Below, in pieces: positions 9,823 to 17,374 of a DNA stretch of 20,050 nt. Below the pieces are notes generated by a model. It had not been told where the DNA came from. It did not search any database and was given only the letters and a program-made list of their open reading frames with translations. Origin of the DNA: an uncultured archaeon (GTDB lineage Archaea > Iainarchaeota > Iainarchaeia > Iainarchaeales > CSSED10-239); contig CAZCAP010000007.1 in assembly GCA_964496765.1 (NCBI GenBank), forward strand, positions 17,759-37,808, read 5' to 3'. Every line of letters starts with the position of its first letter. Position 1 is the stretch's first letter. The translations under genes and the position numbers were made by a program.

Positions 9823-10599
9823 TTACCTATTGATTTTATGTACATCAACACCAAATAGTTTAAGTTTAAAATATTTTTGTAATTCAATTCCGGTTTTGTT
9901 AATTTTAAGATTTATTTGCCAATTTTCTATGCCTTTTTTTGCAGCCTGCTTTGCCGCTGTTCTTACAACATTATTTGTATTATCTGATTTTGGAGGAGTA
10001 AATGCAGGTGCATCATAAATGAATGCTAAAAGAACAATTGCTCTGTGATTCTTAATATCTGTAGATAGATCATTAAAATGTTTAATTAGTCTATCAAAAG
10101 AATTAAATTTGGTTTTTGGCTTTTGTAAAATAAAATCAGATTTTGAGTTTTCAAAAGGGAAAGAAATGAGAGGCATCTTAACTTCAAGATAGGTGTTATC
10201 AATTAGGAAATCAATTCTAGAGTTACCTAACCTTTTTTCTCTGGATATATTTTTTCCTGTTATCATTTTAGGCAAACAATTATTTTTTATAAAAAATTCA
10301 ACATAGACATTTATTTTTGTTTGATTTATTCCTATCCAAGTCTTATTTTTTCTACTAATTGAATCAAGAGAAATAGCTTCAACCGTGTATCTTGTTTTTC
10401 TATTAAGATTATCACTTTCAGAAAGAAGACAAGGAACATCAGAAAAATGAATTTCACCAATTCTACCAGTAACTGGACAGTGACATTTGAAAACCCCATT
10501 GCTTATTTGAACATTCATTATAAATCTATTTGGTCTAGATTTTATAACACCTTCAATAAGGGGTTTTTGAAATTTATATATTAAACTCATAGTAAACAA
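9823..10599 (-). CDS. sfsA: SfsA-family protein (sugar fermentation stimulation protein homologue, nuclease-fold)
   Basis: The N-terminal LIEGVIKSRPNRFIMNV matches the remembered SfsA start (..R.KRF...V). The size of about 250 aa and the later RIDFLI...YLEVK segment are also typical. Confidence 0.65.
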   Translation of the reverse strand: MFTMSLIYKFQKPLIEGVIKSRPNRFIMNVQISNGVFKCHCPVTGRIGEIHFSDVPCLLSESDNLNRKTRYTVEAISLDSISRKNKTWIGINQTKINVYVEFFIKNNCLPKMITGKNISREKRLGNSRIDFLIDNTYLEVKMPLISFPFENSKSDFILQKPKTKFNSFDRLIKHFNDLSTDIKNHRAIVLLAFIYDAPAFTPPKSDNTNNVVRTAAKQAAKKGIENWQINLKINKTGIELQKYFKLKLFGVDVHKINR

Positions 10600-10630
10600 A
10601 CCTAAAAGAAAATAAAAAGTAGTTAGAAAA

Positions 10631-10828
10631 CTACTTTTTAAAAACCTTTATTAGTGGTACAATTACAAATAGAATGAATAATATTAGATAATAATACCAA
10701 TCTAAAGACAGAATTACTGGCCATAATTTTGCTAGCATAAGAGCAAAGAAAAGAACTGATAATTTCACCAAAGATATGTCATACCAATGCATAGTTTTTA
10801 TTTTGTCATCAAAAGATTTAAAACACAT
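10631..10828 (-). CDS. small two-helix membrane protein
   Basis: 65-aa ORF with two hydrophobic helices. This is the last chromosomal gene before the left att repeat. Confidence 0.4.
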   Translation of the reverse strand: MCFKSFDDKIKTMHWYDISLVKLSVLFFALMLAKLWPVILSLDWYYYLILFILFVIVPLIKVFKK

Positions 10829-10960
10829 ATAAAATCACCTCAATAAATTAGAATAATCATTTAATTTATAAATCTTTGTTTCAAGCAATTTTAGCAAATT
10901 TTTTGCAATATTTAAATTTTATTCATTTAAACCATCATCTTTTTAATTATTTCTTTTATA

Positions 10961-11251
10961 TTATATAGGATAGTGTTTAAAGCCACTTACAGCAAACTGC
11001 TGACCAGAATTAGAGATGCCTCGAACCAGATTTGGACTGGCGGTCTCCAGATTATGAGTCTGACTTTGACAAGCGTAAGCTGTGTGTAGTGTATAGTCTG
11101 TAGAACCACTGAACAAAGCAACCTTCAACAATTGCCTAACCATTTTAGATATATTAATATGCTTAGCTTTCAAATAATCATACGTATGTTTATCTAAATT
11201 TATTTCAATTCTCTTTAATTCTTGCTCAGATTCAATCTTTTTTTCGGTCAA
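10961..11251 (-). CDS. integrase N-terminal fragment int(N), RHH-like, reading through the att repeat
   Basis: 96-aa ORF. RIEINLDKHTYDYLKAKHINISKMVRQLLKVAL has a strand-helix-helix (ribbon-helix-helix) look. The C-terminal QTHNLETASPNLVRGISNSGQQFAVSGFK is the att sequence translated in the same frame as at the right end. Only the last 4 codons (HYPI) are chromosomal. Confidence 0.8.
   Translation of the reverse strand: MTEKKIESEQELKRIEINLDKHTYDYLKAKHINISKMVRQLLKVALFSGSTDYTLHTAYACQSQTHNLETASPNLVRGISNSGQQFAVSGFKHYPI
10974..11062. repeat. left att repeat (partial tRNA-Met 3' copy plus 43-bp flank)
   Basis: Identical at 89/89 positions to 19957..20045 in a base-by-base comparison. Positions 11017..11062 duplicate the tRNA 3' 46 nt. 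The sequence beyond 11062 is not tRNA-like. Confidence 0.95.
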
Positions 11252-12149
11252 CTCGTTTCTCCTCCTTAGGGGTTATATTTAGTAATGCTATTAATAATAT
11301 GTCTGTTGGGGTAAACATCTGCAATCCTTTTGGAGTTTCTTTTTGCATAATGTCGGAAGCAAAAATAGCAGATAGCTCAGGAAAATGAATGACATCAATA
11401 TTAGCGATATCCATTATGTCTTTATTATTAATTGACCTCAATATCCAACTTAACAATGCTTCATTATAACTGTTTAATTTTAGATTAAGAGAACATTCTT
11501 CGCAGATTTTTTTAATTGCAGATTTTAAATTTCTTTTTTTAATTGCATTAAATTTAAGATTATTAAACTTCTCTCTTGCAGATTCTAATTGTTCTCCAAA
11601 AAAAGCCCTCCCTAAAAAATCAAAAATACAATTCATTTCATATGCTCTTTTAATCAAATCAAGTATATTATTTTTAAGGTCATAAGAAAATCTAGAGCTT
11701 GGAACACGCCTATAGTTAAAAGTTTTAAAATAGTTATATAAATAATCTTTTTGAACAGCTGTTAGTTTAATACTTGGATAAAGTTCTTCTAACCAGTTCA
11801 ATTTAGGAATATACACCCAATTATTTTTTTTCTTATCAATCCAATTGAGCGTCATTTTATTTTTTACAATAGTATATGGTACTTCCTTATTAACATCCTT
11901 GTCAAATATATACTTGCACACAAAACGTTCTTCAGACCCATAATCAAAAAATAACTTTGTTTTATTTAGGTCATTAAAAACAGTTGAAGATTGTCCACTT
12001 CCTTTAGGATATAATATTGCCTTTATATCTTTTTGGGTAAGCCATTTACCTTCTTCAGACCCATACACAAAAATAGTAAACAATATTTTACTAGAGATGT
12101 CATCTTCTAAAAGTTTTAATATATTTTTATTTTCATTCATTAAATTCAC
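11232..12149 (-). CDS. hypothetical protein of the element, possible N-terminal wHTH
   Basis: 305-aa ORF whose stop overlaps the int(N) start by 20 nt, suggesting coupling. The N-terminus ILKLLEDDISSKILFTIFVYGSEEGKWLTQKDIKAIL looks HTH-like. No firm motif. Confidence 0.6.
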   Translation of the reverse strand: MNLMNENKNILKLLEDDISSKILFTIFVYGSEEGKWLTQKDIKAILYPKGSGQSSTVFNDLNKTKLFFDYGSEERFVCKYIFDKDVNKEVPYTIVKNKMTLNWIDKKKNNWVYIPKLNWLEELYPSIKLTAVQKDYLYNYFKTFNYRRVPSSRFSYDLKNNILDLIKRAYEMNCIFDFLGRAFFGEQLESAREKFNNLKFNAIKKRNLKSAIKKICEECSLNLKLNSYNEALLSWILRSINNKDIMDIANIDVIHFPELSAIFASDIMQKETPKGLQMFTPTDILLIALLNITPKEEKRVDRKKD

Positions 12150-12161
12150 TCATTCATTTAT

Positions 12162-12188
12162 AATACTGCTTTTCTTAAAAACAGTATT
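12162..12188. promoter_or_regulatory. inverted repeat AATACTG-N13-CAGTATT in the divergent control region (candidate operator)
   Basis: A perfect 7-bp inverted repeat sits 13-39 nt upstream of the ORF305 start. The 10-mer TAATACTGCT recurs exactly at 12261..12270. Confidence 0.35.
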
Positions 12189-12324
12189 GGACTACTAAAT
12201 TATAAAATTTCAGTAAAATTCTATAGGAATATAACCTTCTTCATACATAAGTTTAATATTTAATACTGCTACAGGTCTAAAAGACTGACACAGTAATATA
12301 ATGTATGCAATGAAAAGTTTTTAA

Positions 12325-12576
12325 ATGGATGTGGGATGCATGAATTTAAATCAAGTTACAGGGTTGCCGATAGGTAGACTCAGAGAGAAATACCTTGTAT
12401 TAATTATAAAAGAACCTAAAAGCTTTATAACAAAATGTAAGTCTCTTGACCTTCCAGTTTATTTTGACCAACAAAAAGTTTATCTTTTTGAGAAGAACAT
12501 CTGTTATTGTTATTTTTATAATAATGATGCTAAGTTTATTCTTGGCGCATTAAAAGGGAGAGGTATAGCTCAATAA
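12325..12576 (+). CDS. small hypothetical protein of the element
   Basis: 83-aa ORF and first gene of the rightward unit. An alternative start is MNLNQ. The segment VTGLPIGRLRE is weakly HTH-like. Confidence 0.45.
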   Translation: MDVGCMNLNQVTGLPIGRLREKYLVLIIKEPKSFITKCKSLDLPVYFDQQKVYLFEKNICYCYFYNNDAKFILGALKGRGIAQ

Positions 12577-12623
12577 GTATGTTACCTATGGGATGTATGT
12601 GACATATGTTTTAAGTTTTATTT

Positions 12624-12631
12624 TTTATATA
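12624..12631 (+). promoter_or_regulatory. candidate TATA box upstream of the helicase gene
   Basis: TTTATATA lies about 43 nt upstream of the ATG at 12671. This is weak evidence in AT-rich DNA. Confidence 0.25.
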
Positions 12632-12670
12632 GAAAAAAGATAAACTAATAGTAACATTAAGAACAAGTGG

Positions 12671-14245
12671 ATGTGTGGATATATGATTGAAGAAGATAGT
12701 ACTAAATTCTTACTAAGAAGAATGGGTGAGCTTAACAAAGATGGGGCATTAGATAGAAAGTTTGAACAAGAACGATTCGAAAGGGAAGCACTTACAATTA
12801 CTAAAAGAAATGAAAGAGGCTTATCCGATTGGGGAATTGGATATCCATTGGAAGAAGATGGCAGATATTCTATGATAGTCCCTCAATTACAAGATTGGAA
12901 GATGCTACAAGAGAAGTATCTTAAAGACAAGCCACTCCTCTTTGACAATCAACAGATATGGTGGGCTTGGAATCCTAAAGATTGTTGCTGGCAACCTACT
13001 GATGAAACAAGCATATTACTTAATTTTGACCAATCTATTACATTATCTGACCAGCACAACAGCATACAACCTCTTACAAAAAATATAATTTTAGAAGCAC
13101 TTAAACGAGCATCCAGAAAAAATTATGATGAAATAAAACCTATAGAAAAAACATGGGTCGTATTTAAAGATACTATTGTAGATTTGTCTCAAAGTTTAGC
13201 ATTCCCAAATAATCCTAAGTATTTTGCAACTAATGTTATTCCTCAAAATGTTTTAAATTTACAATCCACAGAAACGCCAGTAATAGATAGATTGTTTAGA
13301 GAATGGGTTGGAAATAAATACGTTCCAACACTTTATGAAATTATTGCATATTCAATGTTATCTGATTATCCAATCCATAGACTATTTTGTTTGATTGGCT
13401 CAGGTCGAAATGGAAAATCTACTTTCATTAACTTATTATTAAATTTTATAGGTAATCCAAATAGCACATCTGTTGAATTGGAAACGCTGACAAATAATCC
13501 TTTTACATCCTCAAAGTTATACAAAAAATTAATCTGTCTTGTAGGAGAAACAAACTTTAATTTACTTAGGAATACAGAGATTATTAAAAAATTAACAGGT
13601 CAAGACCCTATCCCTGCTCAATTTAAGCATAAGGGGTTATTTGATTTTAAAAACTTTGCTAAAATAATAATTGCAACAAACTCCTTACCTCAATCCCTTG
13701 ATAAGACTGGTGGATTCTATTCCAGATGGCAAATAATCGATTTTCCAAATCGATTTTCAGAAGTAAAAGATGTTTTAGCTGATATCTCAGAACAAGAATA
13801 TGAAAACTTAGCAAGAAAATGTATTCTTATCCTACAAAAGTTATTAGTAACCAGAAAGTTTACTAATGAAGGAACATTAGAACAGAGAATGCAAATTTAT
13901 GAAGATAAAGCTAATCCTTTACAAAAATTCATTAGAGAATATTATGATTACAATAGTCAAGAATATGTGATTGGATTCGAATTTTATAATCTATTTAGTT
14001 ATTTCTTGAAGAATAATGGAAGTAGGGCATTATCAAGAATAATAGTTACACAAATGCTAAGGGAAGAAGGTATTGAACCAAAAAAAGAGAGAGTAGATTT
14101 TAAAGGGGAAGAAAAGCAATGGGTTGTTTATTGGGGATTGAAATTAAAAAACAAGAATCAAGAGGGATTAAATAAATATATTAACACTACAGAAAATAAT
14201 AAAGAAAAAGTGGGTGATATAAATGCAGGACTTCAAGAATCTTAG
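12671..14245 (+). CDS. SF3 helicase, D5 / P4-primase C-terminal family (replication protein)
   Basis: Walker A in the typical context LFCLIGSGRNGKSTFINLLLNFIG. Walker B-like KKLICLVGE. Motif C-like IIATNSLP. The upstream W-rich region (IWWAWNPKDCCWQPTD) resembles the D5_N linker. No primase catalytic motif was seen. Confidence 0.75.
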   Translation: MCGYMIEEDSTKFLLRRMGELNKDGALDRKFEQERFEREALTITKRNERGLSDWGIGYPLEEDGRYSMIVPQLQDWKMLQEKYLKDKPLLFDNQQIWWAWNPKDCCWQPTDETSILLNFDQSITLSDQHNSIQPLTKNIILEALKRASRKNYDEIKPIEKTWVVFKDTIVDLSQSLAFPNNPKYFATNVIPQNVLNLQSTETPVIDRLFREWVGNKYVPTLYEIIAYSMLSDYPIHRLFCLIGSGRNGKSTFINLLLNFIGNPNSTSVELETLTNNPFTSSKLYKKLICLVGETNFNLLRNTEIIKKLTGQDPIPAQFKHKGLFDFKNFAKIIIATNSLPQSLDKTGGFYSRWQIIDFPNRFSEVKDVLADISEQEYENLARKCILILQKLLVTRKFTNEGTLEQRMQIYEDKANPLQKFIREYYDYNSQEYVIGFEFYNLFSYFLKNNGSRALSRIIVTQMLREEGIEPKKERVDFKGEEKQWVVYWGLKLKNKNQEGLNKYINTTENNKEKVGDINAGLQES

Positions 14246-14573
14246 ATTGTGGCAGTTAGCCAGAGAGTTTGTTAGTGATATATATAAGCTAACAACCACC
14301 TTCCCAAGCCACGAGCTCCACTCTATGACTAACCAGCTCAGAAGAGCAAGTTACAGCATACCCTCAAACATAGCGGAAGGCTCTGGAAAAGGTAGCCAAA
14401 AGGAATTTAAGAGATATTTAAGTATAGTTAGTGGCTCAATAAAAGAGGTAGAATGTTTTTTAATATTAGCAAGGGACTTGAACTACATCAATGAACAACA
14501 ACTGACTGAACTTACCCAAAAGTTAGAAATTATTGGAAAGATGAATAGTAAGTTAACAAATAAATTATACTGA
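14223..14573 (+). CDS. four-helix-bundle protein (23S rRNA intervening-sequence / Avd-like family)
   Basis: FKNLRLWQLAREF...LRRASYSIPSNIAEGSGKGSQKEFKRYLSIVSGSIKEVECFLILARDL matches the remembered family consensus (W..A......IY..T..FP..E...L..Q.RRA..SI..NIAEG.....KE...FL.IA.GS..E). It overlaps the helicase 3' end by 23 nt. Confidence 0.8.
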   Translation: MQDFKNLRLWQLAREFVSDIYKLTTTFPSHELHSMTNQLRRASYSIPSNIAEGSGKGSQKEFKRYLSIVSGSIKEVECFLILARDLNYINEQQLTELTQKLEIIGKMNSKLTNKLY

Positions 14574-15710
14574 ATCTTTAGATTCATTAATCTGTGATTT
14601 TATTTTAGGATAATTGTTAACAAAACTATCTTCTCCGAACCAGTGGCTAACTTTTTCAAATAAATTACAAGCCATTTCATCTAAATTAGAATAGTCTTTA
14701 CAGTCGATACCCTCTATTATATAATTTATATCTATCCCAATTAATTTATTTTGATTAGGTAAAATTATGTTTTCAGGATTAACAAAACCAATTTTAAGAG
14801 ATATTTGCGGATTCCTATTAATCTTTTTATAATAACTTCTATAGGATTTTAAAAAGAAACCTAATGATATATACATTGCATCAGAATCCAATTTATATTT
14901 ATTAGATGGGGTTGTTTGCGGAATTGTTCTTATCAATAATAACTCACCTTTATCTAAAAAAGATATGATGCCATTATCACCCATTCTTTTAAATTTGATT
15001 TTTACTCCAAAATAATCTTTATTATAATCTGACAACTCAAACCCACCATTTATAGATGATGTCATGATTCTAATTATCTCAGAACTCAAAAGAAAATTAT
15101 CCATTTCAAAAGCAGGTTGAATAAGAAAAAAGAAAGAAGGACTTATTCCATTAAATTTTAATATAACATTTTCTAAAATAAATTGTTCTCTTTTTTTCAG
15201 AACTTCTCTTAATTCTAATCTATCTTTATATAGATTATATATTTCTCTTTCAGATAATGGTATATATTTACCTTTTACTTGAGTTGATAAACTTCCTATA
15301 GATGTACCTTCTCGCTTATAATAAATATAATCCTTCAGATGCATATGTGGGGCAAGATTACTTCTTGGGATATCAATAATTAAATAAAATAAATTTTGGT
15401 CATCATCTTTTGAAATTTCATATGTTTCATAAAAAACAGTTCCAGAAATCCCGTTTCTTATCCAATCACTAATTTTTCGTTTATACAAATCTAATTTCGC
15501 TTTATCTATCCCTATTAGTACACCCTTATCAGATACTCCAAAAATAATAGAACCCCCTTTTTCAGAATTTGCAAATCCGGAGACGTATTTCATTATTTTA
15601 GTGTTTGCATCTAAATTTATTAAAAATTGCTCATCTTTATATTCAATATCATCTTGTTCGTCATGCTGTACAATTTGTTTTAAATGTTCAAAATCTTTAA
15701 TATAACTCAT
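14565..15710 (-). CDS. AlbA_2 / Schlafen-core (divergent AAA) domain protein with unknown C-terminal half
   Basis: The N-terminal 140 aa read EQDDIEYKDEQ...IMKYVSGFANSEKGGSIIFGVSDKGVLIGID...YYKREGTS. This fits the AlbA_2 pattern E.K......I.AFAN..GG.I.IGV.D.G...G....R.G..T. The remaining ~230 aa are unrecognised. Confidence 0.7.
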   Translation of the reverse strand: MSYIKDFEHLKQIVQHDEQDDIEYKDEQFLINLDANTKIMKYVSGFANSEKGGSIIFGVSDKGVLIGIDKAKLDLYKRKISDWIRNGISGTVFYETYEISKDDDQNLFYLIIDIPRSNLAPHMHLKDYIYYKREGTSIGSLSTQVKGKYIPLSEREIYNLYKDRLELREVLKKREQFILENVILKFNGISPSFFFLIQPAFEMDNFLLSSEIIRIMTSSINGGFELSDYNKDYFGVKIKFKRMGDNGIISFLDKGELLLIRTIPQTTPSNKYKLDSDAMYISLGFFLKSYRSYYKKINRNPQISLKIGFVNPENIILPNQNKLIGIDINYIIEGIDCKDYSNLDEMACNLFEKVSHWFGEDSFVNNYPKIKSQINESKDSV

Positions 15711-15855
15711 AATATCAACTCATATTATATATATTACGATTAGGTTTAAATACATTGTTTTTGAGTTATAATTAATAATTTATTACATCTCATACAATAA
15801 ATTATCTTCCAGTTTCAATTATTGTTTTCGATAAATTACAGAGTTTATAATTGCG

Positions 15856-17238
15856 TTATAAAAAATTAATTTCTATGAAAATTCTATAATCTTTGATTAA
15901 TGTGTGCGAGGACTTATACACTATAAAACAATTGTAACAATTATTTTTTATAGCATTAATAAGTTTTGATTTATTTTCAAAATTTTTAGCAATATATCCC
16001 AAAAGTTTACCTTCATACAATATTTTGATTGCTGTCGAATCATATTTGTTAGTAGGTTCATATTTTAATATCAAATTACTCTTATCTAAAATTGAATCTA
16101 AATAATTCACGGTTAAATCTCTATATTGAATTCCTTTAATTATAGTTATGTGAGACAATGGTATTCTTTCTGGTGTAATATTATTAATTTTTAATAAAAT
16201 ATATTTAATATTTGATTTAAATTTAATGAATTCATTAAACCAATATTTTTGAAGCACAGATAATTGGTCTGTTTGTGATTTAACTTCTACAAAATATACT
16301 TTATTTTCTTTTTTATTGTATATAAATAAATCAGGCATACCTGCAGTGTGAGTTGCCAAAAAAGTAATGGTTTTATTTGGTAACTTATCAACACATCTTT
16401 TTAATTCATTATCAGAAATAGCTAACGTTGAAAACACATTCTCTAGTGTTTGATTATTGGAAATAACAGAATAAATTGCTAAATATTTATTATTTTTATA
16501 ATATTCAATTGCATAATCTTCTAAATTACATATTTTATTACTGTATTCAACCAGAAATTTACTTCTAAACCATTCTTTGTTTATTCCAACATATTTAATA
16601 GTTATGATTTCAGATTTAATTAATTTTTTATTTTTTTCAAAAGTGTTAAGTATTTCTGCTTCATTTTCAAATTGTATACTAAAATTTAAATCAAAATTAA
16701 TATCTATTTTACCATTATCAAAAGGTAGTTGATTACGTTTTTGTTTAATATTTTCTGTAAATATTAAATTGCCTTTTTTATACTTTTCTTTGATATAATT
16801 TATATCTTTTTCAAGAGTAATTGACTTATCTATAAAATTTTTTCTTTTATTATTTATAACATTCCCAAAATCAGTAATGTACTCAATTTTATCTTCATTA
16901 ATAGGATATTTTTTTACAAATGGTTTAATGGTTATATTTTTTGATTCGTTCTCAATTTTTAGTGATAATTGGTTATTTTGTCTTACTAATACATCTTCTT
17001 GTTCCTGTTGTTGTTTTTGTTTTTCTAATCTGTCTTTTTGCTTTTGCTTTTCAGAGTTTTTATATTTAATAAACTCTTTAATTGATGCAATTAATATTGA
17101 AGGTCCAATAAATATTAACCAAAATAAAACCCAACTGCTGTGGTTTAATCCTACAACTGCACCAATAGTTAACCCAAAGAATAATAATACCAAATATACC
17201 CCGAACATTTCCATATCAATTACCAATTTATTAAACAC
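15856..17238 (-). CDS. membrane-tethered FAN1-like VRR-NUC nuclease fused to a C-terminal HIRAN domain
   Basis: Two N-terminal TM helices are followed by a basic/QK coiled segment. The nuclease motif is HTAGMPDLFIYNKKENKVYFVEVKSQTDQLSVLQKYWFNEF (PD...EVK...Q, VRR-NUC). The C-terminal IKGIQYRD...LILKYEPTNKYDSTAIKILYEGKLLGYIAKN fits HIRAN (L.REP.N.YD..AI.V......GY). Confidence 0.75.
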   Translation of the reverse strand: MFNKLVIDMEMFGVYLVLLFFGLTIGAVVGLNHSSWVLFWLIFIGPSILIASIKEFIKYKNSEKQKQKDRLEKQKQQQEQEDVLVRQNNQLSLKIENESKNITIKPFVKKYPINEDKIEYITDFGNVINNKRKNFIDKSITLEKDINYIKEKYKKGNLIFTENIKQKRNQLPFDNGKIDINFDLNFSIQFENEAEILNTFEKNKKLIKSEIITIKYVGINKEWFRSKFLVEYSNKICNLEDYAIEYYKNNKYLAIYSVISNNQTLENVFSTLAISDNELKRCVDKLPNKTITFLATHTAGMPDLFIYNKKENKVYFVEVKSQTDQLSVLQKYWFNEFIKFKSNIKYILLKINNITPERIPLSHITIIKGIQYRDLTVNYLDSILDKSNLILKYEPTNKYDSTAIKILYEGKLLGYIAKNFENKSKLINAIKNNCYNCFIVYKSSHTLIKDYRIFIEINFL

Positions 17239-17374
17239 AATTCAATAAAAATAAACTTATCTAATTAGTTTTATTTAAATCTAATCTTATCAGTTACTTT
17301 TGCAATATAGTCAGTAACTTCTCTTCCTTTAATTCTTATTTCTACTAGATATTTTTTATTTTTAAAATTTGAAA

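Noticed and set aside
11017-11062. Second tRNA-Met-like sequence
   Set aside because: Only the 3' 46 nt are present (anticodon stem onward). The upstream sequence is integrase coding sequence and cannot form the D arm or acceptor 5' strand. It is the att duplicate, not a functional tRNA.
14223-14573. Possible diversity-generating retroelement, because the protein is Avd-like
   Set aside because: The window contains no reverse transcriptase ORF. I found no template/variable repeat pair with adenine-specific differences.
16985-17060. Apparent DNA-level tandem repeats (tgtttttg / cttttg motifs)
   Set aside because: The coding low complexity for QKQKQKDRLEKQKQQQEQE in the 460-aa protein explains them. 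They are not an independent repeat element.
16877-17248. 123-aa plus-strand ORF with CCCFCF-type low complexity
   Set aside because: It is the antisense shadow of the N-terminal TM and QKQKQ linker region of the nuclease-HIRAN gene.
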